A DNA stretch of 46,986 nucleotides, from positions 11,615,231-11,662,216 of the forward strand of contig MU054187.1 in assembly GCA_013239625.1 (NCBI GenBank), in the 5' to 3' direction. Positions within the stretch are counted from its first letter, which is position 1. Each line of letters begins with the position of its first letter. Shown piece after piece: positions 12,923 through 25,788 of the stretch. The position numbers and the translations under genes were made by a program. The notes beneath the pieces were generated by a model that was given only the letters and a program-made list of their open reading frames with translations, was not told where the DNA came from and did no database searches. Source of the DNA: Lama guanicoe. Taxonomy: Eukaryota.

Positions 12923-13279
12923 TTAGTCTCCACTATGAAACAGCCGTCTGGAGATGATGGTAGTTGCTACTTTTGATTGTGTGACTTCGTGGCCGAAGTA
13001 CAAAGAACATCACTATGCTAGCCACCCCCAATTTTCCCTACTTTAATGGTTCATAGAATTTAAAAGTCAGGGAACTACTGGAGTAGATTAACTCCAAGGT
13101 CGCCCAGTTGTTCTAGCCAAACCTTGGGGTAGGGTCAATGTAAAACCTTGAGTCTTCCCAAGTCCCTGCATTCAACATTAGCATGTCACATTAACTCTAG
13201 GTCCACGTGTCCCCAAAGGGACCTTCTCCCCAGCATGGGGGCCCTCAGCCAAGCCCCAGGCCCTCTCCCACTAGACCCT

Positions 13280-13905
13280 GCAACAGGATCTTAGCACTCC
13301 CTCTGCTTCCTCTCCAATTCAGTCTCCACTCAGCAACCAGGACAATTAAAACTGTAAATCAAGTCATGATCGTCCCCCCCTTAAAGCCCTCAAATGGCTT
13401 TGCCTCCCACGTAGAATAAAAGTGAAATTCCTTACCCTGAGAGAAGGCCCTACAAGATGTGGCCCCATCTCCCTCTCCAGCCTCAATTTACCCTTCTGTC
13501 CATATGGCCTTTCAGTACTTGGAGCAAACCAAGCCGGTTTCCACTTTAGGGCCTGGCGCTTTCATCCTTCCTTCTGGTTGGAACACTCGTCCCCCAGAAC
13601 TTGAAGGGCTTTTTCCTCCTCCTCATCAGTCAGGCCTCAAATGTCACCTCCTTCAAAAAAATCTTCCAAGACCACCCAATCTAGAGCCACCTCTCCCCCA
13701 GCCCAGTGCCTTTTTATCAACATGCCTGCTTTGTTTTCTTATGACAGGTGTTTTGAGTTAAAACTGTCTTGTCTGCTTGTTCCCATCTTTACTGCCTGTC
13801 TTCCCCTCTAGAAGGACAGCTCCCTGGAGGTAGCAGCTGCTCTGCTTGCTCATCTCTGTTCCCAGCTAAGGGAACAGCACATGGCAGTTGCATGAATGAA
13901 TGAAA
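13280..13905 (+). mobile_element. L2 3' region
   Basis: ccctcaaatggcttt...agaataaaagtgaaattccttaccctg...ctcaaatgtcacctcctt...tgaatgaatgaa tail. Confidence 0.8.
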
Positions 13906-13988
13906 ACCTTCCAGCTGCAAGATTCCAGGACCCATTTTCTCTCCCAAAATATCTTTCTGTGAACATATACGCTTAAAGGAAGCACTGT

Positions 13989-13990
13989 TA

Positions 13991-14041
<51 letters not shown>

Positions 14042-14175
14042 GAAGGAAGGAAGGAAGGAAGGAAGGAAGGAAGGAAANNNNNNNNNNNNNNNNNNNNNNN
14101 NNNNNNNNNNNNNNNNNNNNNNNNAAGAAAGAAAGAAGAAAGAAAGAAAGAAAAGAAAAGAAAAGAAAAGAAAGA
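13989..14175 (+). repeat. Compound purine microsatellite (GAAA)n(GGAA)n..(GAAAA)n spanning an assembly gap (N 14078-14124)
   Basis: Read directly from the sequence. Confidence 0.97.
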
Positions 14176-14369
14176 TAACCTCTGGCTCTGATCCAAATGG
14201 AAATATAATTTGGAACAATGTTGCTGTTTTGTTGTGTTTCATTTCACAATAAGATAAGGATCACGGTACCTTTTGCCTCATGAGAAAAAATAGAAGAAAT
14301 GCTTAAACGAAAGGAAAACATAAAATGCCGATGTCTCAGAATACACTCAGAGATGGACAGAGAAGTAAC

Positions 14370-14505
14370 AGTAATAACAATAATACTCATCTAGCTAGCA
14401 CTTGGATGGTTCAGCAGCAGGCACTCCGCTAACTTGCTGATCCTCACCGAAACCCTATAAGGAAGATACGATTATTATCCTCATGTTATAGATGAGGAAA
14501 ACTGA
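14370..14505 (-). mobile_element. MIR fragment
   Basis: atcctcaccgaaaccctataagg...attattatcctcatgttatagatgaggaaaactga. Confidence 0.65.
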
Positions 14506-16189
14506 CCAATTTAGCTTTCCATCAACTACAGAAAAAACGGCCAAGGCTCTGACATATTTCTTGCACTTAGTAATTTTCATTAGTTGGTTTAACACTCGTG
14601 CAGATTTTTTCCTGTTTCCAGCGTCTCTCCGCGTGATTTAGAAAGTGGAGACAGAGGAAATCTTTACTCCTTTCTCATGCAAAGATTAACTCCAGTAACA
14701 CATATAATCTGTCGAGTCCTGTGATTTTCCATAATGGGATGACAATTTTTAATTTTTGTGAGACAAGTTATGCAAATAAGCACAGCCAAAGAGAATGCAC
14801 AAAATAGGATGCAGGAGCAACAGAAAATGAGACAACGATGGCCCTTCCATCTTCTATTCCAGCAGCAATCTGCTGAGAAGAGCCTCTTCCACGGGCAGAA
14901 GGTCAGGATTTTGTCAGTGAGAATGGCACAGCTGCTCCTGATCCGGCTCCAAGTGCTCACTCTCCGGCAAGAGGCCAAGAGCTTCCTTTAATTGACTCTC
15001 TCTTGCCCCATTTATTAACATATGTCCCTCCAACACTGCAATTTGGAAGTGTGCCTCTCCACTCAGAAGAATGGCCCTGCAAGTCCTGCCTGGATAACAC
15101 TTTGCATGTGGCCGTGAGCAGCAATATGGCCGGCTAGCACCTTCATTCAGAGCACCACCGGCATATGTCTACGTGCAATTAAAAACATGATGGTCCCAGA
15201 TTAACCAGCTCATTTGGTGGGAGCGACACCTGAGGCAAGATGAGAAGGGGACTGGAGACATATTCAGGAGGTGCGAAAGACAAATTTCACCATTAAATTC
15301 AATAACATTAGAATAACTTCATCCAAAAAATACAAAGCTCTGGGCCTGGGACAACTCCACACAGAAGGTCACAGCTACTAAGCAGAGGGGGCTGGCGTAT
15401 CCTCTCATCCTAACGGGAATGAGGGGCGGAGGCCACAGCTTGACTCTGAGCTCAGGCTGAATCTGAGAGTTTAAGAACCAGGTTTCAGATCAATCTCCAA
15501 ATGGCCAGATTTAATGTATTGGCATTTAGAGCCAAGAAATACATTCCTTTTATAGAATGCATTTGTGTTCCAGAAAGACACTATGCACATCAGCTTCAAA
15601 TTACTGACTGGCTTTTGCTTCTCAGGGATTGAACGCACCATTTTAAGCTGATCTCTGTCTTTGAAAAGACAAGTTGTACCATTTATTGCAAAAAGTAAAT
15701 GGTCAGTGGTGATGGTTGCATAACATTGTGAATGTGCTCAGTGCCACTGAACTAGACACCCTTAGAAATGGATAACCTGGTTTTATGGTATGTGCATTTT
15801 ACCACGATATTTTACATTTTTCCTTAGAAGCAAAAGTAAATAGAGACATATTGGAAAGTTTCATCATTAATGATACGGTTAGGAGACACAAGGTAATGCT
15901 GACAACAGTAATTTACAAGGAAGAGAATGAATAAAACCAATGTGAAATGTTTTGTTTTCAGGCCTAATGCTCTCATGGGAGACCACAACTTTTCACAAGC
16001 ACAAGTGGAGGCATTTTTGACTGAAGGTTGGACTCAAAACATTGAATTTAACTAAAGGTCTCCGAGGAATTTTAACAAATCAAAAATTAAATCTCTTAAA
16101 ATTCTGATTATTTCAGTCATCTCACATGATAGGAAACACTGTGTATAGATAAAATTCTGAATCATTTTACAAAAATTCCTTAAAAGTTA

Positions 16190-17310
16190 TCAGATTTACT
16201 TGGCATCACAAATGGAACAGAATACAATCTAGAAACAAACCCAAATTCATTCAGAAATTTAGTATACAATAAAGGTGGACTTTCAAATAAGCAAGGAAAA
16301 GAAAGATAAGCTAGTAAATAATATAGTGACAAATGGGTAGCCATCTAAAAAAAATACATACCAAACTAAATTCTAAGTCAATCAAAGATTTCAGTGTAAA
16401 CACACACACACACACACACAAACACACACAAGTATGAGATGAATACATGGGAGATTTTTTAAAATCTCAGAATTGGGGAAGCTTTAGTAAGATACAGCAC
16501 CCAAAAGTTGTGAAAGAATATATTAATGAAATCAAAAGAAATGACAAAATATGAGAAAAATATTTGCAACAAATATCACAGACAATCAACAAGTAGTTCA
16601 TTAACATATAAAGAATGCCTAAAATCAGTAAGAAAAAGACCAATCACCAAAAACAGGTAAAGGGTAAACAGTTCACTCAGAAAAAATACAAAGATCTTTT
16701 ATACACATAAAAACATGCTCAATTTTACTTATAAGAAAAATGATAATTAAAACTACAGGGAGAGGCCATTATTACAAATACCAAATATTTGATGACACAC
16801 TGTGTTGGTGAGGAAATGAGCTAACTAGCACTTTCCTGTCTTGGTGGTGGAAATGTAAATTTACACAACTTCTTTGGAGGAGCTATCTGGAAATACTTAT
16901 CAAAACATTTAATGCATGAATATATATATAATTATGCATGATTGGGACATTATGCGATACACCAGAAATTGACATACTGTAACTGATGATACTATAAAAA
17001 ATGTTTAATGCATATCCTCCTTGGTCTGGCAATTCCATATTTAGAAAGTGATCCAACAGTTATGCTCACACTTGTAACAAATGCTGTCTGTACAAGAATT
17101 TTCACTGAAAACAACAAAATGTCTGGCTACAGAACTGCTTAGGTAAATGGAATACTATGTTGATATGGAAACAAATTAGGTGGTTCTAGCTGCAGTATAC
17201 CCAATAAATGTAATTCAAAAAGCAAGGTGCATGCACAAGCCATCCTTTGTGTGTGTGTGCAAATTTTAAAGAGATACACAAATACACACTCTGGCACACA
17301 CACACTCTGG
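16190..17310 (+). mobile_element. Degraded L1M ORF2 3' region with a nested (CA)n repeat and a younger L1 tail (about 16915-17002)
   Basis: aaaatatttgcaacaaatatcacagac, aattaaaactacagggag, ggtggtggaaatgtaaat motifs. Confidence 0.7.
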
Positions 17311-18208
17311 GTGCTGTAGAATTCTCTGAAACCACACACAAGAAACATTTCCAGTATCATTTCCAGGGCCCCTGTGAACAGGAAATGAACAGCTAAGGAA
17401 ATAAGAGGAAAGCCTACTTTTTAACCATAAACTCTCAAGCTCTTTTGAATTTGAATTCAACAAAATAGAGTAACAGCAATGAAAACTCAGTTGCAATGGG
17501 AAGAGTCATGGGAAAAATCTTTTTTTTAAGAATGAACCTAAGTAAGTGGAATTAAACTCTTCTTTTGTCAGGTGTCTCAAATACTCCAAGATTTTACAAA
17601 GTCCTTGGAGCAGGAGGATAAAAGAATAATAATCCACATTTAGGAAATGAAGACTTTTAAAAGTATTTTCAGATAGAAGTGGTACATAATTGGATTTAAA
17701 GTACAAGTCTTGGGTTTTTCTCCCCACCAGCCCCTGAGCTGTCACCCCCATATAAACCTGTGCAAGCATCATTCTAATCCCAGGCATGCACTGTTATCAG
17801 TAATCAGAATTTATTTGCATGGGCAGGCCGTGTGGCAAGTAGCTAACAACCCTCCCAATGTGGCCATTAAGGATATGAGTTTTGCTTTATTGTTTACAGG
17901 AAATGTTTTCTGTGACAGAAAGCTGGAGCCCAGACCTCTTGCGGTGTCACCCAGGGAAGCAAGGGAGATGCAGGCAGGTCCCCCTCAAAGGGGCTGCCTG
18001 AGACCCAAGCGCTGCCAGGGCAGCCTGCGTCCCCTTCACGTCACCCTGCCTGTGCAGCAGAATAGTGGGACAGGCATAAGGAGGTGGAAGGAATTTCATC
18101 CTTGAAAGAGCAGCGGAAAGCACTTGACATGATTCAGACCCAAAGATAGAAACTCTTGGAGAAACGAATTTTAATTCCCCGGAAAACTTTCAAGAGATTA
18201 GCATGGCA

Positions 18209-18358
18209 GGGGTGGGTATAGCTCAATGGTTGAGCACATATTTAGAAGGCATGAGGTCCTGGGTTCAACCCCCAATATCTCCATCAAAAAAAAAAAAATA
18301 CTATTTAGAAACAAAATACATGATAAAAAAAAAACAGTATGCCTCTTTAAAAAAAAAA
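18209..18358 (+). mobile_element. tRNA-derived SINE (Vic-1-like)
   Basis: ggggtgggtatagctcaatggttgagc...gaggtcctgggttcaaccccc with a composite A tail. Confidence 0.85.
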
Positions 18359-19067
18359 GATTATTATGCTATAAGGATCCATAATTCACTGCTGTTAAGT
18401 CTAGATGGCTTTTTATTGACATACATGACACTGGCAAACACAAGTGGAAATAAAACAACAAATTGGTTCTACGTCCTTTCCCCAACCGACCCTTCCAACT
18501 TCCTCTCATTCCTCTCCCGCAGGAACTCTGCGCTTACCCACCTCCTCGCCTTGCTTACCCCGTTCCACCTTCATGAGATGCTCCATTACCATTCTATTGA
18601 AGCATTTTATTGAATTGCTTCCCATTCTTCAAGGTCAATCCTCCCAACCTCCACTGAGTACCCAAGCCTCATGAGATAACTCTGAATTCTAAGACATTTA
18701 ATATTTTATATTAAATATATGTACACCTATATACATATACACACAAGTATCTATGGATCATTTTTAAAGGCAATTAAACATCACAATTAACCATAACAGG
18801 CAATTGAACATCATGGTTAAGATGGCCCTGGGGTCCTGGGGCTAGAATCCCTGTGCCATCTTTACTGTGTGACCTTGAGGAATTAATTCACTTAACCTCT
18901 AAGCCACGGTTATAAGATCCAAGTTTAAGAAACTACAACTCATCAGTCCTTGCATTGTGTCCATCAAGTATTTACTGAGTTGATTATGTGCCAGGCCCTG
19001 GGGAACAAGATGAACAAGGTCTCACCTCTGTAGCACTCTAATGTACAAGCAAGATCAGTGGAATCTA

Positions 19068-19110
19068 AACATTGTAAAATGACTATAACTCAATTAAAAA
19101 ATGTTAAAAA
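19068..19110 (+). mobile_element. Very short L1 3' tail insertion
   Basis: aacattgtaaaatgactataactcaattaaaaaatgttaaaaa flanked by TSD aagatcagtggaatcta / aaatcagcggaatcta. Confidence 0.7.
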
Positions 19111-20142
19111 AAATCAGCGGAATCTAGATACAGTCTAAGTGGAATCTAACTCATCATAAAATAGCCCACAAGTAACCAATAAACAATTCCAGTGAGAAAT
19201 GATTTTAGGCACTCGTCTTCCAGAACAGTTGTAATGATGTCATCCATCATATGGTAAAACTATGATTACGAAGAATATTTTGTGAATGCAACTGTTTACA
19301 TTAAACTTCTAGTGACATGAGCACACATCCTAGAGCCTGAATTTATTTTTTAAAGATTTTGTTTCCTTAATTGTGGCCAGTAATTTATTTTTAACATAAA
19401 CATTTCCTCTTGACTAAGTATCATACAGTGCTTTTATATTAGTAACATATATATGTATTCAACTTTCTTCTATAACTAAGGATATGGCCAGACCAGACCT
19501 CAGCCATAGTTCTAGACATAGTCTCCTTGTATATGCCCCATCCACAATGCTACAGCTGAAAAAAAGACAAACACACAGAACTGAGCTGAACGTATACCCA
19601 TCTCAGGGTATCCTTAAAATTGTTTGAATTTATTTATTTTTTATGAATTTACTGTGACTTTTTCTTAAGGGTGGTTGGTTTTCACTAAATTAACACTCAG
19701 CAAGTATGGAGTAGTCACTGAACAATGAATGCTCTCAGTGCTAAGAGCTAGAATTGCAGGGGGGACGAGTTTGAAGATTTCAAACAACTGGTTCATAATT
19801 AATAGAAGTTCTGCTCCAGTTAAATCACCAACAATACAAACAATAAAAAACTGATTGTCTCTTCTGCCTTTATGACAATGACGTAAAAATGATTTCCTCT
19901 CATTAGCAGAGCAGCCTGCCTGCTTTTTTCTTGCTTTGTAAAACTCCGCCAGGTTACAGCTATACAGGATTCTTTTCTACCTAGCAACTGATAAACAACA
20001 ACAAGAAAACAGAAAAAAAAAAAAAAACCAAAACCTTTGCCATTGGCCAGATCTCTTTTTGGAAACAAGGATAAATTCACTACTCTTAATTTTAGCTACT
20101 GGAATTTGCATCTTAGCAGAGAGAGAAGAAAAAGAATGTAGC

Positions 20143-20322
20143 TTTTTTTTTTAAGCTCTTTTCTTCTTTTCATTGAAGTATAGTGGACATACAATGTTAA
20201 ATTAGTTTTATTATAGTGACTCCAGATTCTTATAGATTTCACACCATATAAAGCTATCATTAAATTATGGACTATGTTTTCTGTGTTGTACATTATATCC
20301 CTGTGATTTTTTTGTTAACTGG
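20143..20322 (-). mobile_element. L1 3' end (antisense)
   Basis: attgaagtatagtggacatacaatgtt...ctgtgttgtacattatatcc, flanked by aagaatgtagctt / aagaatgtaactt. Confidence 0.75.
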
Positions 20323-21041
20323 AAGAATGTAACTTCTTAGAGCACTTTAGCCTCTAACTTGGGTGAACTCTACAGTTCAGACAGTCCATCTGTAAATGAA
20401 GAAGAAGAAAAAGGACTGAATGATGTATTTAACCCTGTCATTAAAAAGATTGCCTGCTACTGGCCTGGTTCACGTAGCTCATGATGGGAGCAGGGATGAT
20501 GGTCGTGAAAAAGCAACAACACTTTGGTGGGATGTTTTGTTTAAGTCAGTGATGTGTGCTGAGTGGGAAAGCTTGCAGAGGACCCCTCAGGTGTGCCTCC
20601 CACTGTCCTGTGCAGCCCAGGCCCAGAATAAGAGGGAACCAGCACCAACGCATTAAGTCTGCTTTTCTAGATTTTTCTAAGTAGTTTCACTCACTATATC
20701 CATCCTCCCAACAACCCTATGTACGATTCACACCAGGGAATCAGCCACAGAGGAATTTAGTGACTTATCCAAGGTCATCATGAGTTTTCAACAAGTCCAG
20801 GAATCAAGGCCAGGTTTCCAGCCTCTAGTGGCTGATTCCTCTCACATGTTGGAAAATATTCTTTCCCTCACTCCATCTCTCACCCTCTTCTATTCTGAGA
20901 CAGTGTTGATGCCCATGCTGAAAATAGAAACCCACACTGCTGCCAAAAGGTCCCCCCTTCCCTGCCCAGCAGAGGGAGAGGCAGAAGGTGACTGTGGCCC
21001 TTCAGGCTGATCTCCCCCTGTCCGCTGCCCCCACCCCCCTT

Positions 21042-21234
21042 CAGGCTGCCAGGTTTAGCAAAACAATAATGTAAGACATCCAGTTGAATTTGCATTTCAG
21101 ATACACGATAAGTAATTGTTTGGTGTAAGTATGGTCCATGCAAAATTTGGGACATACTTATACTAAACATTCATTTGTTCCTTATCTGAAATTTAAATTT
21201 AACTAAACATTCTAAATTGTATCTGACAACCCTG
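21042..21234. mobile_element. MER53 hAT MITE (palindromic)
   Basis: caggctgccaggtttagcaa...ttgaatttgcatttcagata...gtaagtatggtccatgcaaaatttgggacatacttatac...tatctgaaatttaaatttaac...tctgacaaccctg. The element is self-complementary along its length. Confidence 0.85.
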
Positions 21235-21479
21235 CACCCACTTATCTCCAATTCTAACCTTGTGCCAACACACAGGAACTCATCAGGGACAGGAAACTCA
21301 TCCAGGATGCAGGGAACAACACACAGATGCTCGAGAAGGTTGCTTTCAACACAATTATGCAAAATGCTTCTCTAATCTGATACCCCAGGTAATTAGGCTC
21401 ATAGGTATTTTATAACAAGCTTTTTTTTTTTAAAGCAACAGTATTTATGGAGCTTTTTCCCTAATTGCAAAAGTAAGAT

Positions 21480-22005
21480 GTGTGCAACAATACCTCCCAC
21501 TCTGCTTTTCTCCAATGTGACCAAGAGATGGTGTCTCTGTCTCACCCCCCTTGAATACAGACGAGCTTGTGACTCCTACTCAGAAGTAACAGGGGAAACC
21601 ATAATACAACTTCCAAAGCCAAATCAGAAAAGGCAGTGGAGCGCCTGCCTTGCTCACTGTACTCTTCACACTTGGAGCCCTCAGCCACCAGGTAAGAAGC
21701 CCAGCCACATGGAGAGGCCACCTGTAGGTGCTTCAACAGACAGAGCAGTCTTCAGATCCTCCCAGCCCAGGGGTCAGGCATGTGAATGAAAGTCATTGGA
21801 TAGTTCCAGCCCCCAGCTGTGGAGACACACTCCAGACTTCAAGTCCTCCCAGCTGAAGTGTGAGAAATGACGAAGCAGACAAGCTGCCCCTGCTCTGAGC
21901 TTTCCAAATTCTTGACCCACAGAACTTGTAAACATAGGAAAATGACTGCTGCTTTGTGCCATAAATTGACTATGGTCTGTCATGCAGCGATAACAACTAA
22001 AACGG
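21480..22005 (+). mobile_element. MLT1 (G/H-like) LTR
   Basis: aagcccagccacatggagaggccacctgtaggtg...ccaaattcttgacccacagaact...tcatgcagcgataacaactaaaac. Confidence 0.75.
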
Positions 22006-22149
22006 AAGACATGCTCATTGCAGAAAAATCAAAAAGACCTGTAATTCTACAGGCCAAGACAGTTGCTTCCAAATTTTGAGCTCTGTGCTTCCAATATTTT
22101 TCTGTGGCTATATGCACACTTTTTCTTCTTAAATAAACATAGCATGGGT

Positions 22150-22760
22150 CTGACTTTTTGGCTTCAATAATATCACTTGAAAAAGCTTTTTCCATCTCAC
22201 TGAACAATGTTGTGTTTGCTAATAATCACTGTAATACCTATTACTGCATTTTTAGGTTGTTTCTCATTTTTTATTATTATAAATCCAGCTGCATGAACAT
22301 CCCTATACATACACAGCTTTCCACTCATCTAATTTTGGCCTTCAGATATTCTTAGATGTAGAACTGTTAGGTCAAAAGGCTTGCAAATTTTTAAGGCTTT
22401 GAATACATACAAACTTTCTTCTAGAAACAGCTATTCTTATTAACAGATTATATCATTTTATGCTGCCAACAATAGTGTACAATTGCTCAATTATAACATG
22501 CTCGCCAGCAACAGATATTCTGATTATTCTAAGATTTTGCCAATTTTATGAAAAAAAATGATCACTCATCATTATAATGTTACAGAGTAAAACTTGTTCG
22601 TGTTTATTAGCCATTTGCATTTCTTTTTTGGCACGAACTGCTTTATGTCGTTTGCCCATTTTCCTGTTGGAAAATTTGTCTCTTAGTGATTTATTAAAGT
22701 TCTTTGGATATTAATTCCATAAATCCTCTGTCATACATGTACAAAAATGTTCTAGTTAGT
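22150..22760 (-). mobile_element. Degraded L1M fragment
   Basis: tgtttattagccatttgcatttctttt...tttgcccattttcctgttgg...ttctttggatattaat. Confidence 0.65.
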
Positions 22761-23260
22761 CTTTTGTCTGCTGTTACTATGCATTTCAAAAATCAAATAT
22801 TTTTGAAAGATAGAAGAGCATCTATGGAACTGAGTGTTTCTGCATGCTGGGCCACTCCCCGGAATGTCAGCTTATTGTCCCTAAAGGTGTTATTTGTTGA
22901 TGTTTCTCAAGTTCAATGGGAGACACTAAACCCAAGAAGTGGAATTAAGCAAAAAAAAAAACAAAAAACAAAAAACAAAAAACAACAAACAACAACAAAA
23001 AACCCCACATATATTAAAACCAAGTATAGCATTCCAGTTGAAACAAAAAGAGAAGTGGATAAAAGCACAGGCCTTAACAATAAAAATTATAGTAGTGTAG
23101 CTATCTCCAATCTTTCCTCATTTTGCTTAGTATGTTATATACATTTTCTCACAAAATTCTCACAATTATCTTTTCGTATAAGGGTTATACTAAATAAATA
23201 AATAAATAAATGTATAAACAGTACTTTAGAGAAGTACTATTAATATTTCTAATTTAGAGT

Positions 23261-23410
23261 TGGGGCGGTGGATATAGCCCAGTAGTAGAGTGAGTTGGTT
23301 GGTTGGCTTGTGCAAGGTCCTGGGTTCAATCCCCAGTGCCTCTATTAAGGGAGAAAAGTTTTCTTTAAATAAAAAATAAAGAATGTTTTCAAAAAATTAA
23401 AATAATAAAG
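23261..23410 (+). mobile_element. tRNA-derived SINE (diverged)
   Basis: ggatatagcccagtagtagagtg...caaggtcctgggttcaatccccagtgcctc followed by an A-rich tail. Confidence 0.8.
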
Positions 23411-23654
23411 TAAAATTGAGGAAGCAAGGCTTTGCAAGGGTCAAAGGACTGGTAAATGCTGTACTTTGAGAACTGGCCTCATGCCTCAGCCTGAGTCTCA
23501 ACATTGAACATTGCTGTCTCCCCTTGACTACTCTCTAACCTCCGCAAGCTGCAACTTCCATCCTTGGTCCTTTGCAGATTAAAGGACATTATATATATAT
23601 ATATATGGTGTTTAGCACAGGGCCTGGCACGTGACATGCCCTCAATAAAAAGCT

Positions 23655-24030
23655 ACCATAAAAGACAAGTGTTGACAACGATGTGGAGAAATTGGAACCC
23701 TTGTGCACTGTTGGTGGGAATGCAAAATGGTGCAGCCACTATGGAGAACAGTATGGAGGTTCCTCAAAAATTAAAATGGAATTACCATGTGGTCCAGCAA
23801 TCCCATCTCTGGGTATTTATCTAAAAGCATTAAAATCAGGATCTTGGAGAAATGTCTGCACCCCCATATTCATTGCAACACTGTTCGCAGTGGCCAAGAT
23901 AGGGAAACAATCTAAAAATGTCCACTGATGGATGAGTCAATAAAGGAAATGTGCTACAGACATACAATGGAATATTATTCAGCTTTTCAGAATAAAATAA
24001 AAACAAAGAAGAGAATGAAAAGAACAAATA
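23655..24030 (+). mobile_element. L1MA/MB ORF2 C-terminal fragment
   Basis: ORF 23683-23928 ([20 protein letters not shown]...ELPCGPAIPSLGIYLK...CTPIFIATLFAVAK) resembles the L1 ORF2 C-terminus. Confidence 0.85.
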
Positions 24031-25788
24031 AAACCATCTCCACTAGAGGACTCCTGTTAACTCACACACACACGCACACACACACACAACCATATGGGCA
24101 TAAAACACACAGGCAAGTGGACGTGAGGTCATGCTGTATTTGCATCCTCTGTGTTTGACTTAATAGTGAAAAATAAGGATTTCTTAGGCAATTATTACTT
24201 GAAATACATCTGGGATGAGCTGGGTCAAATACCAGAGATTTGGAAACTAAGATTGGAAGAAATAGAGTAAGACAAAGTCAGGGCAAACCCCAAACACACG
24301 TGTTAATAATTCCACAATTTTGCCTTGAGTTAAGGCTGCTTTTGTGCTCTTCATGCATATAATTTGTGCCAATTTCTAAAGCAAAGTGCCCTATTTTACT
24401 TAATGAGTTCACAAAAATATGAAAAAGGAAGGCTAGTTAAGAAACCAAACATATTTAATTAAGCAACCAAGGGTTGCAGATTCCAAGATAATAATTGAAG
24501 TTAAAATTTCTACATTACCAGAGAAACTCTCTTCCTGTACATAAGGCAGAGGGGCATTATTGTTAAATTCTAAATATAACTTCCTGCATCTCAGGGGCCA
24601 GACCTCTGCTGGGTGAGAAATGTTATAGCTCTTTGGGGAAAGGAATTGACTGTTGAGCCCAATACTAGGTTTACATTTTTGGATCTTAAATGCAAAAATG
24701 CATCTAAACTGGGCTCTGTCTTTTAACTAGAGGCATCTGTTTCTGCAATAACAGTTGTGTTCTTCCAGCAAATTCTTCTAATGATATGGATGTAGCAATT
24801 TAATTTAATTACCTAATTTACTTCATTCTTACTTTAATTATTTCTCTCTTGTCAAGTTTAGGGAATTGGTTGTTGCTTTGGCACAACTGCAGTGTGTGTT
24901 TCAATGAATTATTTAGGTGAAACTTTTATTTTGGGGTCACTTAGACAAATATGTATATAATTTAAAGTCTTTTGAGAATGATCAAATTACCCTCTATAAA
25001 ATTTTTACCTACTGGTAGCCACCCCAATAATGCATGGGAATACTTAAGACATGACTGTAATTTGGCCAGCATCCAGAGTGCTCCCATACGCTGAGAATCA
25101 CAATTTCTTTAAATATTTACCCAGTTGGATAAACGAAATGTGGAATCACCCTGTCATTTTAATTTACATTATTTGATCACATTGAAATGGGTCTTTTTAT
25201 ATGCTTGTTTTTGCTTGTATTTTTTCTTTTGCAAACAGTATGTTTACCAGTTTAGTTAGGGGTGGGGTTTACCCATGGTCATCTTTTCCTAAACAATTAT
25301 ACGAGGCTTTTAAATATTAAGTGTATTCACCTTTCTGTTCTTTGTTAGAAATATTTTTATCCAGTGACCAGAGCTTTGGGGTAGCATTAAATGAAAAATC
25401 TAAAACCAGGGTGATAATAAAATAGACACATTATTGACTTGAAGCCCCAATATCTCTACCAAAGTTTTATGAAACATCATGTGATTATATAAACCTTAGG
25501 TTTTAAAACAGTTTCATAGAGGTAATATGAACCCTCAGCAAAAAATCTGGCACTTATCTCCAAAGGAGAAAACTGAGTTTTGAGGTCCCCTGAGTTAACT
25601 TTTTCCTTCTGGTAATAGATTTTTTAAAATCTGAGATATTCATGTGTGATAAAGATCCTTGTGCTTAAAAAGGCTGCATCCTTTAAACAGTGTTTTGATT
25701 ATATTTTTTAAGATTCCACTTTTTTAACTTTTTTTTTTTTTTACTTCTTTTTCATGGGAACCAAAAACATAATGAAGTGTGTCTCCAG

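Noticed and set aside
13789..14242. FLSF-rich ORFs
   Set aside because: Translation of a microsatellite across an N gap.
14770..14777. Octamer ATGCAAAT
   Set aside because: A single 8-mer is expected by chance in AT-rich DNA, and there is no adjacent Sox site or snRNA promoter context.
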